Source: Hypanus sabinus
Taxonomy: Eukaryota
NCBI RefSeq assembly: GCF_030144855.1
Contig: NC_082709.1
Span: 80,476,001-80,540,000, forward strand
Direction: 5' to 3'
DNA length: 64,000 bases
How positions within the stretch are numbered: the stretch's first letter is position 1; every line of letters begins with the position of its first letter. The translations under genes and the position numbers were made by a program. The notes under the pieces were generated by a model, which saw nothing but the letters and a program-made list of their open reading frames with translations, made no database searches and was not told where the DNA came from. Shown here one piece after another: positions 22,001 through 36,300 of the stretch.

Positions 22001-23587
22001 TTACAAGGTAGGCTATAACACATAGGAGCATAATTAGACCATTTGGCCCATCTAGTCTGCTAGTAGCCAGGCAGCAGCTAACAAATGGACTTAGGAGAGC
22101 TAGAACTGGACATGAAAAGGCCATCACACATCGAATTAAGGAAATCCCCAAGGCAGAACAGTGGATGTAGTCTTATGGATTTTAGTAACGCATTTGACAT
22201 GTTCCTCATGGTAAGCTCATTCAAAAAGTAAAGAGGCATTGAATTCAGGGAAACGTGTCTACGTGGATTCAGAGTTGGCTAGCCCACAGAAGGCAGAAGG
22301 TGGTAGCACACGGAACACATTCTGACTTGAAGTCTTCTCGCTCGTGGTGTTTGCAAAAATCTGTCCTGAAACTCTTCTCTTTGTAATATTTTTTAAATGA
22401 CTTAGATCAGGAAGCGGAAGGGAGAGTTAGTAAGTTTGCAGATAACACAAAGATTGATGCTGTTATCCATAGAATAGAGGATTGATTTCGGTTAAAATGG
22501 GACATTCATGAAATGCAGAGCTGGGCTGGAAAATGGCAGATGGTGTTCAATTTAGAAAAGTATCAAGTTTTTCTCTTTGGAAGGTCAAAATTGAAGGCAG
22601 AATATACAGAGTTAATGGCAGGGATCTTAAGTGGAGGAAAAGAGGGATCTTGAAGTCCATGTCCATGGATCCCTTAAATTTGCTGAGGAAGTTGACAGGA
22701 TGATTAAGAAGACATCTGGAGTTACTCATAGGATTGAGTGTAAGAGCTGTTAGGTAATGTTGCAGTTCTATGTTCTATGTTTCTATAACTCTTCTATAAA
22801 ACTCAGGTTAGACCACACTTGGAGTATTGTGTTCAGTTTTGTTCACTTCAATATAGGAAGTACATGGCTTTACAGAGGGTGCAGAGGAGACTTACCATGA
22901 TGCTGATCAGATTAGAGGACATGTGTCATGAGGATAAATTGGGTTTTTCTCTTTGGAGAGAAGGAAAATGAGAGGTGACTTGATTGAGGTGTACAAGATG
23001 ATAACAGGCAAAGGTAGAGTGGGCAACAGAGACTTTTTCCCAGGATGAAAATGGCTAATAAAAGGAGCATAACTTTCAGGCGTTTGGAGGAATGTATGGG
23101 CAGGCAGTGTCAGAGGTAGGTCTTTTACACAGAGAACAGTGGATGCATAGAACGTCTTGCCAGGGTGGTGGTCGAGGCAAATACATTTGGGACATTATTG
23201 GGACTCTTAGATAGACATATGCAAGAAAGGAACAGGGAGGACTATGAGGGAGGGATGGGTTAGAATGATATTAGAATAGACATTGTGCATGTACTGTGCT
23301 GCATTGTTCTCATGCTCATTCACCATTAGCTGCTCAGTGGTGTTGGCAATCGAAGCAATCATATACTCCTTAAATGTTGTGAAAATTTCTGCCCTCAATA
23401 TCTTCACAGACGCTGGGTTCCAAATTTCAAGCATACGCTGGAGGAACATTTTTCTAATGTCCCATCCAAACCTCTTACTTTTTTGACTTAAATCAATGTA
23501 GACACCTCAGCTGTGGGGAAAAATAATGCAATATATTCTAATTCCACCACACATAATTTGATGCACCTCTATTCCCCCCCCCCCCCC

Positions 23588-23618
<31 letters not shown>

Positions 23619-24567
23619 CCTTCGTCTCCTTGATCCCAGTGGGCCAACTAAGCTGAACAATCATTTAACCAGGTTGGAGGGGGCACTTAATCTTGGGTGT
23701 CAGATTATTAGGATGGTGCAGTTGATTTCATCACCCGTGGTGGACACCGTTTTTCTGTTGATTCGAGGAGATTTTGAGGGGATAAGAAGATTTACAGCAG
23801 ATGGTCAGAAGGGATAAATGCAGTGGGTAGTTGAAACGATCAGACAGCCTGATCAGGGGGCGCAGGGAGAAGGAGTGAGAGTAACAAGCAGAAGGTCGCA
23901 GAGAGCGGCATGTTTAGTGTTAGAGCATGTGAGATGAGGAGAGGGTGTTAGATACACAGTCTGGGCCACCAGTGAGTGGGACACAGGAGGAGATCGACAG
24001 GGTGTTAAGGCTGCAGTCAGATATATTCCCTTTGAATGTTTTCCTTAGGATCCGAGCTGGAGTGACAGAAAATGCCAATGACATGGAAAGAAAGCATTGA
24101 CATTCTGTAATAGTTTATTAACCTGTTCAATTTCAAGTCAGATTCTTAGCATCACAAAAATATCTCGAATAATTTACGTTAAAGTAAAATGCAGGGATTA
24201 CTCACAGGAACCTCCGCCGAAAGTTTCACCAGCTCCAAGGGCTTGGTTTTCAACGACAGCCTCTCAGTCACACAGTGTCGAGGGAGGCGGCCACCCTGAG
24301 ACAGAAGATATCAACGTTACTGACAATCCCCACACACAGAAACACCGGACAACAGACTCTTTGAAATCACCTGATTGGTAACAGCAAACAGCCGGGGACT
24401 GTCAGGACCGGTCTCTGGGAGCGGGTTCAACTCACCATTTCATTCAGCTCGCCCAGAGTCTCTCTGTTGAGAACTTGCAGTAACTGTAACCTCTCACAGC
24501 CCAGGGTCAGGGTCACGGTCAACAACAGCCACACACTGCAAACTCTCCAAACACGGCCCAATGCCAT
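19093..24567 (-). CDS. IFN: Type I interferon, copy C (complete, 186 aa). Exons 24567-24436, 24295-24206, 19545-19306, 19191-19093
   Basis: Same exon structure and intact splice sites as copy B. Variants R90, A139, N183. Confidence 0.92.
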
Positions 24568-24751
24568 CTTCACCCGACACTGAATACAGCACCGATCTGA
24601 GACCAGAATCAGCTCCGAAAACGGGTCTTGTTCGCCGAATGGAACTCTCGATATGGAAATGCCACGGCTTGTGATCCGGGAGCGAACGCTGGTGCTGCCG
24701 AGACCCGTGTATGGGGATCCTGTTCTGAGCTCTCTCTGCCATGCTGCCGGA

Positions 24752-24896
24752 TTTTATAGGTGAAAATCCGAAAATAGGTTTCATTCGAAAAGTGAAATGA
24801 CCGGGATATTTGGGAGCCTGTCGGGAGAGAGCGGTCTCCGCTCTGAAGTAAGGAATCTGAAAGCTGGAGAGTCCAGCTGCAGCGACGGGAAAATCC
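24752..24896 (-). promoter_or_regulatory. IFN proximal promoter, copy C
   Basis: Same motifs. The base 5' of the TATA differs (CCTATAAAA versus CATATAAAA). Confidence 0.7.
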
Positions 24897-27800
24897 GCCA
24901 GCGGGGAGAGCAACAGCGCTCAGGCTCTTGGTGCGTTCGTTCAGTTCGGGGGTCCAAGGTGTTGTGGAGGGTGGGTCGAGTTTGGCAAGGGACGTGCTTG
25001 GGTGAGGACGAGACTGTGTCGGTGCATCCGATGGGGCTGCATGTTATCAGGGTTACCGTAACACTGCATCTGTCAGCGCTGATCTTCTCTGTTACATCCA
25101 ACTGCAGTGGTGCCATATCGCAGGGTGGTCAGTGCAGAGCGCCCGGGCCACGTCCTTCTGCTGGCGACTGTGCTCGCTATGAAGATGGTATGGTGTCTGG
25201 GTTCTTTACAGAAGACACTTCGGCGTTTCTTTCGTCTCCGGATCGCAAGGCGATTCCGATGCCTGCTCTCTCTGCGGGATAGTCTCCAGCTCAGCTTGCC
25301 GCTGGGAAGTGGCTGCGCGGCAAATTCACCCGAAACGAAAGCGTCCCAGGGTAAAAGTGACGGTTCGTCCTTTCCGAAAGTGGGCGTGTTTATCAACAGG
25401 AGTGGAACGCCAATAAAACTGCAGAAGCCATGACATCTACTTCCTGATTAAGTGCTGGAGTCCTCGGAGCAGGGGGTTCTCTCTCATTCCTATGGTTTTC
25501 GTCACTATCTAGCGCGGGAGTTCTCTGATATTACACTGGTTGAAGTATACATTCCCACCCCAGGCAGATGTCAAATTAACACCGGAGGGATTGAGCTCCG
25601 TGATTAACTGGCCTCCCCAATGCCCTCCTCAGTATCGAAGGGCACTTCAACCAGTTTAGCGTGAAGGAGCCTCTACCGAACTACTGCCAGCATGCACCGG
25701 GAACATCCAAGGACTCAACACACTCGACCACTGCGGGATGCAACAGTAAAGACACGCAGCAGACCAGCATCCCTATTTTCTTAGTTGAAGGCGATTCAAA
25801 ATGTCATCGAATACTCTGCCAAACTTCTGCAGATGTACAGTAGAAAGCGTTCTGGCGGGTTGCATCGTGGATTGGTGTGGAAACTCAATGCACAGGAATT
25901 CAAGAGGCTGCAGAGTGTAGTACACTCGTCCAGTTTCCTCACTCTCCACACCATAAATGACATCGGCAGGAGACAGTGCCCCAGGAAAGCAACATCCATT
26001 ATAAACGTTCCCACGAGGCAGAAACTAGAGGAGCCAGAAGACTCACATCTCAAAGCTCTTCAGCAGCTTCTTCCCCACCGTCTCGGGGTCCTGTTCCGAC
26101 CTGAAATACCCTAACACGACCCTGGATTAACTTGCACAACTTACTTGTGTAGTTATGTCTACTTTTCTTATTTCGTAACTTGTGTATAATTTATGTTCCT
26201 GTAAGTTTACAGAACATAGAACAGTACAGCACAGGAACAGGCCCTTCGGCCCACAATGTTGTATCGAGGCAGCTTAAAAATAATTTAAAAACGAATCCCT
26301 CCTACCTCCATCTTCCTCATATCCACGTCCATGTGCTTATCTGAACGTCTCTTTAAAAGCCTCTACTACCAAACATTCCACATTCCAGGCATTTACCACT
26401 TCCTAAGTAAAAAAACTTACCTCTCGATTCCCCTTTGAACCTGCCCCGACCCACCTTCAATGCATGCCCTCTGGTATTAGATATTTCTACCCTGGGAGAA
26501 AAAAGATACTCCCTGTCTACTCTACCTATGCATCTCATCATCATATAACCATATAACAATCACAGCACGGAAACAGGCCATCCTGGCCCTTCTAGTCTGT
26601 GCCGAACGCTTACTCTCACCCAGTCCCACTGGCCCGCACTCAGCCCATTACCCTCCATTCCTTTCCTGTCCATATACCTATCCAATTTTACTTTAAATGA
26701 CAATACCGAACCTGCCTCTACCACTTCTACTGGAAGCTCATTCCACACAGCTACCACTCTCTGAGTAAAGAATATAAAACCCAATCAGCTCTCTCTCCCA
26801 CCCTATGCTGCTCCAAAGCAAGCAATCCAAATCTGTTCAGCCTCTCGTGATAGCACATGCCCTCTAAACCAGGCAACATCCTGGTAAACCTCTTCTGCAC
26901 CCTCTCGAAAGCTTCAACATCCTTCCTATAGTGGAGCGACAAGAACTATATGCAAACCACCAGAGGTGGCCTAGCAAGAGTCTATAAAGTTGCAACATAA
27001 CCTCTTGACCTTTGAACTCAATGCCACGACTGATAAAAACAAGTACTGTATCCCATAAGCCTTCTTAACCACCTTATCGACCTGTGTCCCATTCTTGCCT
27101 GCACTACCTTGGAGGTCCTTCTCCTCAGCCTCTTTCCTAACTCTATATACTCACTGTACAGGACTTTGTTTTTGTAAATTACGTTTACTAACTTTTGTTA
27201 GTAATGTTTATAATATGCTGTGCTGTTCTTGCAAACAAAAAGCTAATTTTCATGGCATTTATAACCTGGGCACTGATGCTTCTGACAATAAACTTAAATT
27301 TAGAATTTATGATCCTGGATTCTAAAAGTTCTCAATCCCAGTCCCATTCTGACCTGACTGCAGCCTCCTCCACTGCCACAGTGAGCCCGATATTAGCAAG
27401 AAGAGCCGTACGTTACCCTCCCTGACAGTGCTACTGCATGTGGCTTCTGCTTTTACAAAATAGGCCTGTGTTACACGTTCACTTCGGATTCAACACTTCC
27501 TCATTCGAAGGGAGAATATGAGGATGAAAACCAAGAACGTAAATCCAAGTATCATACAGGGAAGATAAAAATCAAGTCAAATCACTGTGAAGTGTACTCA
27601 TATGCTGAGTGTGACATTGCAAGGGATAGAATAAAGCGGGGGAAGTACCTTTAACAAGATGTGAGAAGACGAAATGTTATATTCTGTGAGGAGGATCAGC
27701 GTGCACAAAATTTGTATTCCAAAAATGTGAAATATTCAGAATAATTAACATGTAGAAACATCTTCAATGATTTTTTTATTAAATGTAGAAATATATTATC

Positions 27801-28842
27801 CATTGCAATTCTCACAATAATAATAAATTAAAACTTTTGAGATACATGTACATACTTTTAAAAATGATCAGAATAAATACAGTATAAATAAATTAAGTTA
27901 AATATATCTTCTAACCATTGGAAGAACAATCACATTATGCTCACTGAAGGTCAGTGATGAAATCAAGAGGAATGATTTTGCAAACCACAACCTGTGCACT
28001 AAGTGTAGGTCAGAACATTCCCAATGCATATTTCCATTGCAAAAATGACAATTAGAGGAATAATTTTTGGGAAAACGAACGGAACTTTAAACAATTTTCC
28101 TTTGAAAAGGGGCTGAAACCTACAACTCTCAGATTAAACTGATAACACTAGAGGATGCTGGACAGAAGAAATTGCAAAATTTCATGTGCATGAACTTATG
28201 AGAAACAAAATTCCACCCAGGATTAATTTTAGGTAGGGAACTAAAATGATGTAAACCATAACAGAGATAAGATGCAGAATGGCAGATAGAGTAAGAAGCT
28301 GTCCACTGTGCACCTTTTCCAGGAATGGATCATTGTGTTACAGTAGCTGCCTGTCTTGATATGAATGGACAAGAATAGGATCATTCGGCAAATTCACATG
28401 TCATCACTGAGTAATACTACAAAAATAAATTAATAAATAAATAATACAATAAATTAATACAACACTGGATATGGAGAAAGACCCGGACATTATTCCTTCC
28501 ACATCACTTGCCAAATGAAAATGTGTGATTCATATAGTTATATAATAAATAGTAAAAACAGAAAATACTGCAAACATGCACAGCTCAGACATCTGCTGAG
28601 AGGAGTGAACAACAGTTAGCGTTTCAAGTTTATGAGCATTGACTCGAGGAATTAACTCAGGTTTCTTCTGCACATGCACTGATTATTTGCACCAGTTGGC
28701 GTTTCCATTAACATTTCTAGCATTTAGTTTAATTTATTTTTGAATGTAATATCAGTCTGTTCAGATATACTTTTCCTTGAAATTTATTTTAAATAAATAG
28801 TCATAAATCTTGATCCCTCATGAAATTGACTCTGGAAAATCT

Positions 28843-31800
28843 TCAGTGATCTCTGCTGATTTTTGCCATAATGAGAAGGAGCTGTTTCAAATGCGTCATG
28901 GTCTCAGTGTGGGTTATCTCCCAGGCACAGTTGCTGAATCCCTAAAAGGGAGGAAAAAAAGGCAAATGTACTCAATAGTGAAAAATTAGATAATGAACAA
29001 GTATCAAGTAGATAAATCAGTGTATTGGCAGGCACATGTTTAAATATCAATGTACCTTCTGTTTCAGAAACTCTCTCAATTTCTGAAAGTATTTAAGAAT
29101 TGCGGCATTCTTCCTTGGTCTGGTCTCTGAGCCTGGTTTCCGGACACACACATCCAGCTCTCTGAGCTGCCGATCCAACAGAAGCCGGAGGAGTTCCACT
29201 GAGCTCTGGACCCAGCTGACTGAGCTCAGGTTCATACTGTAGATCCTGCAGAGGTGATGCAGGGTCTGATGGACAATCTGGATCCTTTCCTGGGCCTGTG
29301 CAAAACACACATGGGGACATTAGTAGGGCCGTGGTCTCACAAACGTTTAGAATTAGAACAGAGTGTTTATGAGTCTTAGTACAAGACAAAATCAAACATC
29401 AACTTAAAATATACAGACCGCAAATGGAGGGCTACTAACAACTGTGAATTGAAGGCCACATCATTGGCAGTTTCCGTCTACAGCTAGAGATTTCAACAGG
29501 GAATGAGCAATGAACCACACGGATGAAGAACAAGACGCTTGACTGAATGAGGGAATGGCATCGATGCCACAGGATGCTACTTACACAGAGACTAGAGTCT
29601 GCTCTCCTTTCACCAGAAATAGCGAGGGGGAGATTTTATAGAAATCGACAATCTCACAAAGAGGGGAATCAAGGAGGCGAAACAGACAGTCGTCTGAATG
29701 GGTTGTTAAAAAGATTAAACAGTAACTTATAAAGACAGTGGCATAAACAGTTGCATGTTAACTTTGCAAACACGAGGAAAGCTGCAGATGCTGGAAATTC
29801 AAGCAACACACAAAAAATGCTGGTGGAACGTAAAATGCCCAGGCAGCATCTATAGGGAGAAGCACCGGCGACGTTTTGGGCCGAGACCCTCGTCAGGACT
29901 AACTGAAAGAAGGGATAGTAAGAGATTTGAAAGTGAGAGTGGGAGGGGGAGATCCAAATTGATAGGAGAAGTCCAGAGGGGGTGAGGTGAAGCTAAGAGC
30001 TGGAAAGGTGATTGGCAAAAGGGATACAGGGCTGGAGAAGGGAAAGGATCATGGGTCGGGAGGCCTAGGGAGAAAGAAAGGGGGAGGGGAACACCAGAGG
30101 GAGATGGAGAACAGGCAAAGAGTGATGGGCAGAGACAGAAACAAAGAGGGGGGAATAAATAAATCAAGGATGGGATAAGAAAGGGAGGAGGGGCATTAAC
30201 AGAAGTCAGAGAAATCAATGTTCATGCCATCAGGATGGAGGCTACCCAGCCGGTAAATAAGGTGTTGTCCCTCCAACCTGAGTGTGGCTTCATTTTGACA
30301 ATAGACAAGGCCATGGGTAGACGTATCAGAATGGGAATGGGACATGGAATTAAAATGTGTAGCCCCACAGGGAGATGCTGCTTACTCTGCACCTACACAC
30401 CTATGCTCTGTCCACCAGGTAGGCTATAACACATAGGAGCATAATTAGACCATTTGGCCCATCTAGTCTGCTAGTAGCCAGGCAGCAGCTAACGAATGGA
30501 CTTAGGAGAGCTAGAACTGGACATGAAAAGGCCATCACACATTGAATTAAGGAAATCCTCAAGGCAGAACAGTGGATGTAGTCTTATGGATTTTAGTAAG
30601 GCATTTGACATGTTCCTCATGGTAAGCTCATTCAAAAAGTAAAGAGGCATTGAATTCAGGGAAACGTGTCTACGTGGATTCAGAGTTGGCTAGCCCACAG
30701 AAGGCAGAAGGTGGTAGCACACGGAACACATTCTGACTTGAAGTCTTCTCGCTCGTGGTGTTTGCAAAAATCTGTCCTGAAACTCTTCTCTTTGTAATAT
30801 TTTTTAAATGACTTAGATCAGGAAGCGGAAGGGAGAGTTAGTAAGTTTGCAGATAACACAAAGATTGATGCTGTTATCCATAGAATAGAGGATTGATTTC
30901 GGTTAAAATGGGACATTCATGAAATGCAGAGCTGGGCTGGAAAATGGCAGATGGTGTTCAATTTAGAAAAGTATCAAGTTTTTCTCTTTGGAAGGTCAAA
31001 ATTGAAGGCAGAATATACAGAGTTAATGGCAGGGATCTTAAGTGGAGGAAAAGAGGGATCTTGAAGTCCATGTCCATGGATCCCTTAAATTTGCTGAGGA
31101 AGTTGACAGGATGATTAAGAAGACATCTGGAGTTACTCATAGGATTGAGTGTAAGAGCTGTTAGGTAATGTTGCAGTTCTATGTTCTATGTTTCTATAAC
31201 TCTTCTATAAAACTCAGGTTAGACCACACTTGGAGTATTGTGTTCAGTTTTGTTCACTTCAATATAGGAAGTACATGGCTTTACAGAGGGTGCAGAGGAG
31301 ACTTACCATGATGCTGATCAGATTAGAGGACATGTGTCATGAGGATAAATTGGGTTTTTCTCTTTGGAGAGAAGGAAAATGAGAGGTGACTTGATTGAGG
31401 TGTACAAGATGATAACAGGCAAAGGTAGAGTGGGCAACAGAGACTTTTTCCCAGGATGAAAATGGCTAATACAAGGAGCATAACTTTCAGGCGTTTGGAG
31501 GAATGTATGGGCAGGCAGTGTCAGAGGTAGGTCTTTTACACAGAGAACAGTGGATGCATAGAACGTCTTGCCAGGGTGGTGGTCGAGGCAAATACATTTG
31601 GGACATTATTGGGACTCTGAGATAGACATATGCAAGAAAGGAACACGGAGGACTATGAGGGAGGGATGGGTTAGAATGATATTAGAATAGACATTGTGCA
31701 TGTACTGTGCTGCATTGTTCTCATGCTCATTCACCATTAGCTGCTCAGTATCTTTGGCAATTGAAGCAATCATATACTCCTTAAATGTTGTGAAAATTTT

Positions 31801-32974
31801 TGCCCTCAATATCTTCACAGACGCTGGGTTCCAAATTTCAAGCATACCCTGGAGGAAAATTTTTCTAATGTCCCATCCAAACCTTTTACTTTTTTGACTT
31901 AAATCAATGTAGACACCTCAGCTGTGGGGAAAAATAATGCAATACATTCTAATTCCACCACACATAATTTGATGCACCTCTAATCCCCCCCCCCCCCACA
32001 CACACACACACACACACACACAGAACCTTCGTCTCCTTGATCCCAGTGGGCCAACTAAGCTGAACAATCATTTAACCAGGTTGGAGGGGGCACTTAATCT
32101 TGGGTGTCAGATTATTAGGATGGTGCAGTTGATTTCATCACCCGTGGTGGACACAGTTTGTCTGTTGATTCGAGGAGATTTTGAGGGGATAAGAAGATTT
32201 ACAGCAGATGGTCAGAAGGGATAAATGCAGTGGGTAGTTGAAACGATCAGGCAGCCTGATCAGGGGGCGCAGGGAGAAGGAGTGAGAGTAACAAGCAGAA
32301 GGTCGCAGAGAGCGGCATGTTTAGTGTTAGAGCATGTGAGATGAGGAGAGGGTGTTAGATACACAGTGTGGGCCACCAGTGAGTGGGACACAGGAGGAGA
32401 TCGACAGGGTGTGAAGGCTGCAGTCAGATATATTCCCTTTGAATGTTTTCCTTAGGATCCGAGCTGGAGTGACAGAAAATGCCAATGACATGGAGAGAAA
32501 GCATTGACATTCTGTAATAGTTTATTCACCTGTTCAATTTCAGGTCAGATTCTTAGCATCACACAAATGCCTCGAATAAATTACGTTAAAGTAAAATGCA
32601 GAGATTACTCACAGGAACCTCCGCCGAAAGTTTCACCAGCTCCAAGGGCTTGGTTTTCAACGACAGCCTCTCAGTCACACAGTGTCGAGGGAGGCGGCGA
32701 CCCTGAGACAGAAGATATCAACGTTACTGACAATCCCCACACACAGAAACACCGGACAACAGACTCTTTGAAATCACCTGATTGGTAACAGCAAACAGCC
32801 GGGGACTGTCAGGACCGGTCTCTGGGAGCGGGTTCAACTCACCATTTCATTCAGCTCGCCCAGAGTCTCTCTGTTGAGAACTTGCAGTAACTGTAACCTC
32901 TCACAGCCCAGGGTCACGGTCACGGTCAACAACAGCCACACACTGCAAACTCTCCAAACACGGCCCAATGCCAT
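28843..32974 (-). CDS. IFN: Type I interferon, copy D (complete, 186 aa, shortened intron 2). Exons 32974-32843, 32702-32613, 29295-29056, 28941-28843
   Basis: Same structure. The most divergent protein, with V20, R46, C90, A139 and H165. Intron 2 is ~1.34 kb shorter. Confidence 0.92.
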
Positions 32975-33158
32975 CTTCACCCGACACTGAATACAGCACC
33001 GATCTGAGAGCAGAATCAGCTCCGAAAACGGGTCTTGTTCGCCGAATGGAACTCTCGATATGGAAATGCCACGGCTTGTGATCCGGGAGCGGACGCCGGT
33101 GCTGCCGAGACCCGTGTCTGGGGATCCTGTTCTGAGCTCTCTCTGCCATGCTGCCGGA

Positions 33159-33303
33159 TTTTATATGTGAAAATCCGAAAATAGGTGTCATTCGAAAAGT
33201 GAAATGACCGGGATATTTGGGAGCCTGTCGGGAGAGAGCGGTCTCCGCTCTGAAGTAAGGAATCTGAAAGCTGGAGAGTCCAGCTGCAGCGACGGGAAAA
33301 TCC
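33159..33303 (-). promoter_or_regulatory. IFN proximal promoter, copy D (one GAAA core mutated)
   Basis: Same motifs, but GGTTTCATTC has become GGTGTCATTC at ~33187. Confidence 0.7.
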
Positions 33304-36300
33304 GCCAGCGGGGAGAGCAACAGCGCTCAGGCTCTTGGTGCGTTCGTTCAGTTCGGGGGTCCAAGGTGTTGTGGAGGGTGGGTCGAGTTTGGCAAGGGAC
33401 GTGCTTGGGTGAGGACGAGACTGTGTCGGTGCATCCGTCGGGGCTGCATGTTATCAGGGTTACCGTAACACTGCATCTGTCAGCGCTGATCTTCTCTGTT
33501 ACATCCAACTGCAGTGGTGCCATATCGCAGGGTGGTCAGTGCAGAGCGCCCGGGCCACGTCCTTCTGCTGGCGACTGTGCTCGCTATGAAGATGGTATGG
33601 TGTCTGGGTTCTTTACAGAAGACACTTCGGCGTTTCTTTCGTCTCCGGATCGCAAGGCGATTCCGATGCCTGCTCTCTCTGCGGGATAGTCTCCAGCTCA
33701 GCTTGCCGCTGGGAAGTGGCTGCGCGGCAAATTCACCCGAAACGAAAGCGTCCCAGGGTAAAAGTGACGGTTCGTCCTTTCCGAAAGTGGGCGTGTTTAT
33801 CAACAGGAGTGGAACGCCAATAAAACTGCAGAAGCCATGACATCTACTTCCTGATTAAGTGCTGGAGTCCTCGGAGCAGGGGGTTCTCTCTCATTCCTAT
33901 GGTTTTCGTCACTATCTAGCGCGGGAGTTCTCTGATATTACACTGGTTGAAGTATACATTCCCACCCCAGGCAGATGTCAAATTAACACCGGAGGGATTG
34001 AGCTCCGTGATTAACTGGCCTCCCCAATGCCCTCCTCAGTATCGAAGGGCACTTCAACCAGTTTAGCGTGAAGGAGCCTCTACCGAACTACTGCCAGCAT
34101 GCACCGGGAACATCCAAGGACTCAACACACTCGACCACTGCGGGATGCAACAGTAAAGACACGCAGCAGACCAGCATCCCTATTTTCTTAGTTGAAGGCG
34201 ATTCAAAATGTCATCGAATACTCTGCCAAACTTCTGCAGATGTACAGTAGAAAGCGTTCTGGCGGGTTGCATCGTGGATTGGTGTGGAAACTCAATGCAC
34301 AGGAATTCAAGAGGCTGCAGAGTGTAGTACACTCGTCCAGTTTCCTCACTCTCCACACCATAAATGACATCGGCAGGAGACAGTGCCCCAGGAAAGCAAC
34401 ATCCATTATAAACGTTCCCACGAGGCAGAAACTAGAGGAGCCAGAAGACTCACATCTCAAAGCTCTTCAGCAGCTTCTTCCCCACCGTCTCGGGGTCCTG
34501 TTCCGACCTGAAATACCCTAACACGACCCTGGATCAACTTGCACAACTTACTTGTGTAGTTATGTCTACTTTTCTTATTTCGTAACTTGTGTATAATTTA
34601 TGTTCCTGTAAGTTTACAGAACATAGAACAGTACAGCACAGGAACAGGCCCTTCGGCCCACAATGTTGTATCGAGGCAGCTTAAAAATAATTTAAAAACG
34701 AATCCCTCCTACCTCCATCTTCCTCATATCCACGTCCATGTGCTTATCTGAACGTCTCTTTAAAAGCCTCTACTACCAAACATTCCACATTCCAGGCATT
34801 TACCACTTCCTAAGTAAAAAAACTTACCTCTCGATTCCCCTTTGAACCTGCCCCGACCCACCTTCAATGCATGCCCTCTGGTATTAGATATTTCTACCCT
34901 GGGAGAAAAAAGATACTCCCTGTCTACTCTACCTATGCATCTCATCATCATATAACCATATAACAATCACAGCACGGAAACAGGCCATCCTGGCCCTTCT
35001 AGTCTGTGCCGAACGCTTACTCTCACCCAGTCCCACTGGCCCGCACTCAGCCCATTACCCTCCATTCCTTTCCTGTCCATATACCTATCCAATTTTACTT
35101 TAAATGACAATACCGAACCTGCCTCTACCACTTCTACTGGAAGCTCATTCCACACAGCTACCACTCTCTGAGTAAAGAATATAAAACCCAATCAGCTCTC
35201 TCTCCCACCCTATGCTGCTCCAAAGCAAGCAATCCAAATCTGTTCAGCCTCTCGTGATAGCACATGCCCTCTAAACCAGGCAACATCCTGGTAAACCTCT
35301 TCTGCACCCTCTCGAAAGCTTCAACATCCTTCCTATAGTGGAGCGACAAGAACTATATGCAAACCACCAGAGGTGGCCTAGCAAGAGTCTATAAAGTTGC
35401 AACATAACCTCTTGACCTTTGAACTCAATGCCACGACTGATAAAAACAAGTACTGTATCCCATAAGCCTTCTTAACCACCTTATCGACCTGTGTCCCATT
35501 CTTGCCTGCACTACCTTGGAGGTCCTTCTCCTCAGCCTCTTTCCTAACTCTATATACTCACTGTACAGGACTTTGTTTTTGTAAATTACGTTTGCTAACT
35601 TCTGTTAGTAATGTTTATAATATGCTGTGCTGTTCTTGCAAACAAAAAGCTAATTTTCATGGCATTTATAACCTGGGCACTGATGCTTCTGACAATAAAC
35701 TTAAATTTAGAATTTATGATCCTCGTTTCTAAAAGCACGTCAGTTCTCAATCCCAGTCCCATTCTGACCTAACTGCAGCCTCCTCCACTGCCACAGTGAG
35801 CCCGATATTAGCAAGAAGAGCCGTACGTTACCCTCCCTGACAGTGCTACTGCATGTGGCTTCTGCTTTTACAAAATGGGCCTGTGTTACACGTTAACTTC
35901 GGATTCAACACTTCCTCATTCGAAGGGAGAATATGAGGATGAAAACCAAGAACGTAAATCCAAGTATCATACAGGGAAGATAAAAATCAAGTCAAATCAC
36001 TGTGAAGTGTACTCATATGCTGAGTGTGACATTGCAGGGGATAGAATAAAGCGGGGGAAGTACCTTTAATAAGATGTGAGAAGACGAAATGTTATATTCT
36101 GTGAGGAGGATCAGCGTACACAAAATTTGTATTCCAAAAATGTGAAATATTCAGAATAATTAACATGTAGAAACATCTTCAATGATTTTTTTTATTAAAT
36201 GTAGAAATATATTATCCATTGCAATTCTCACAATAATAATAAATTAAAACTTTTGAGATACATGTACATACTTTTAAAAATGATCAGAATAAATACAGTA

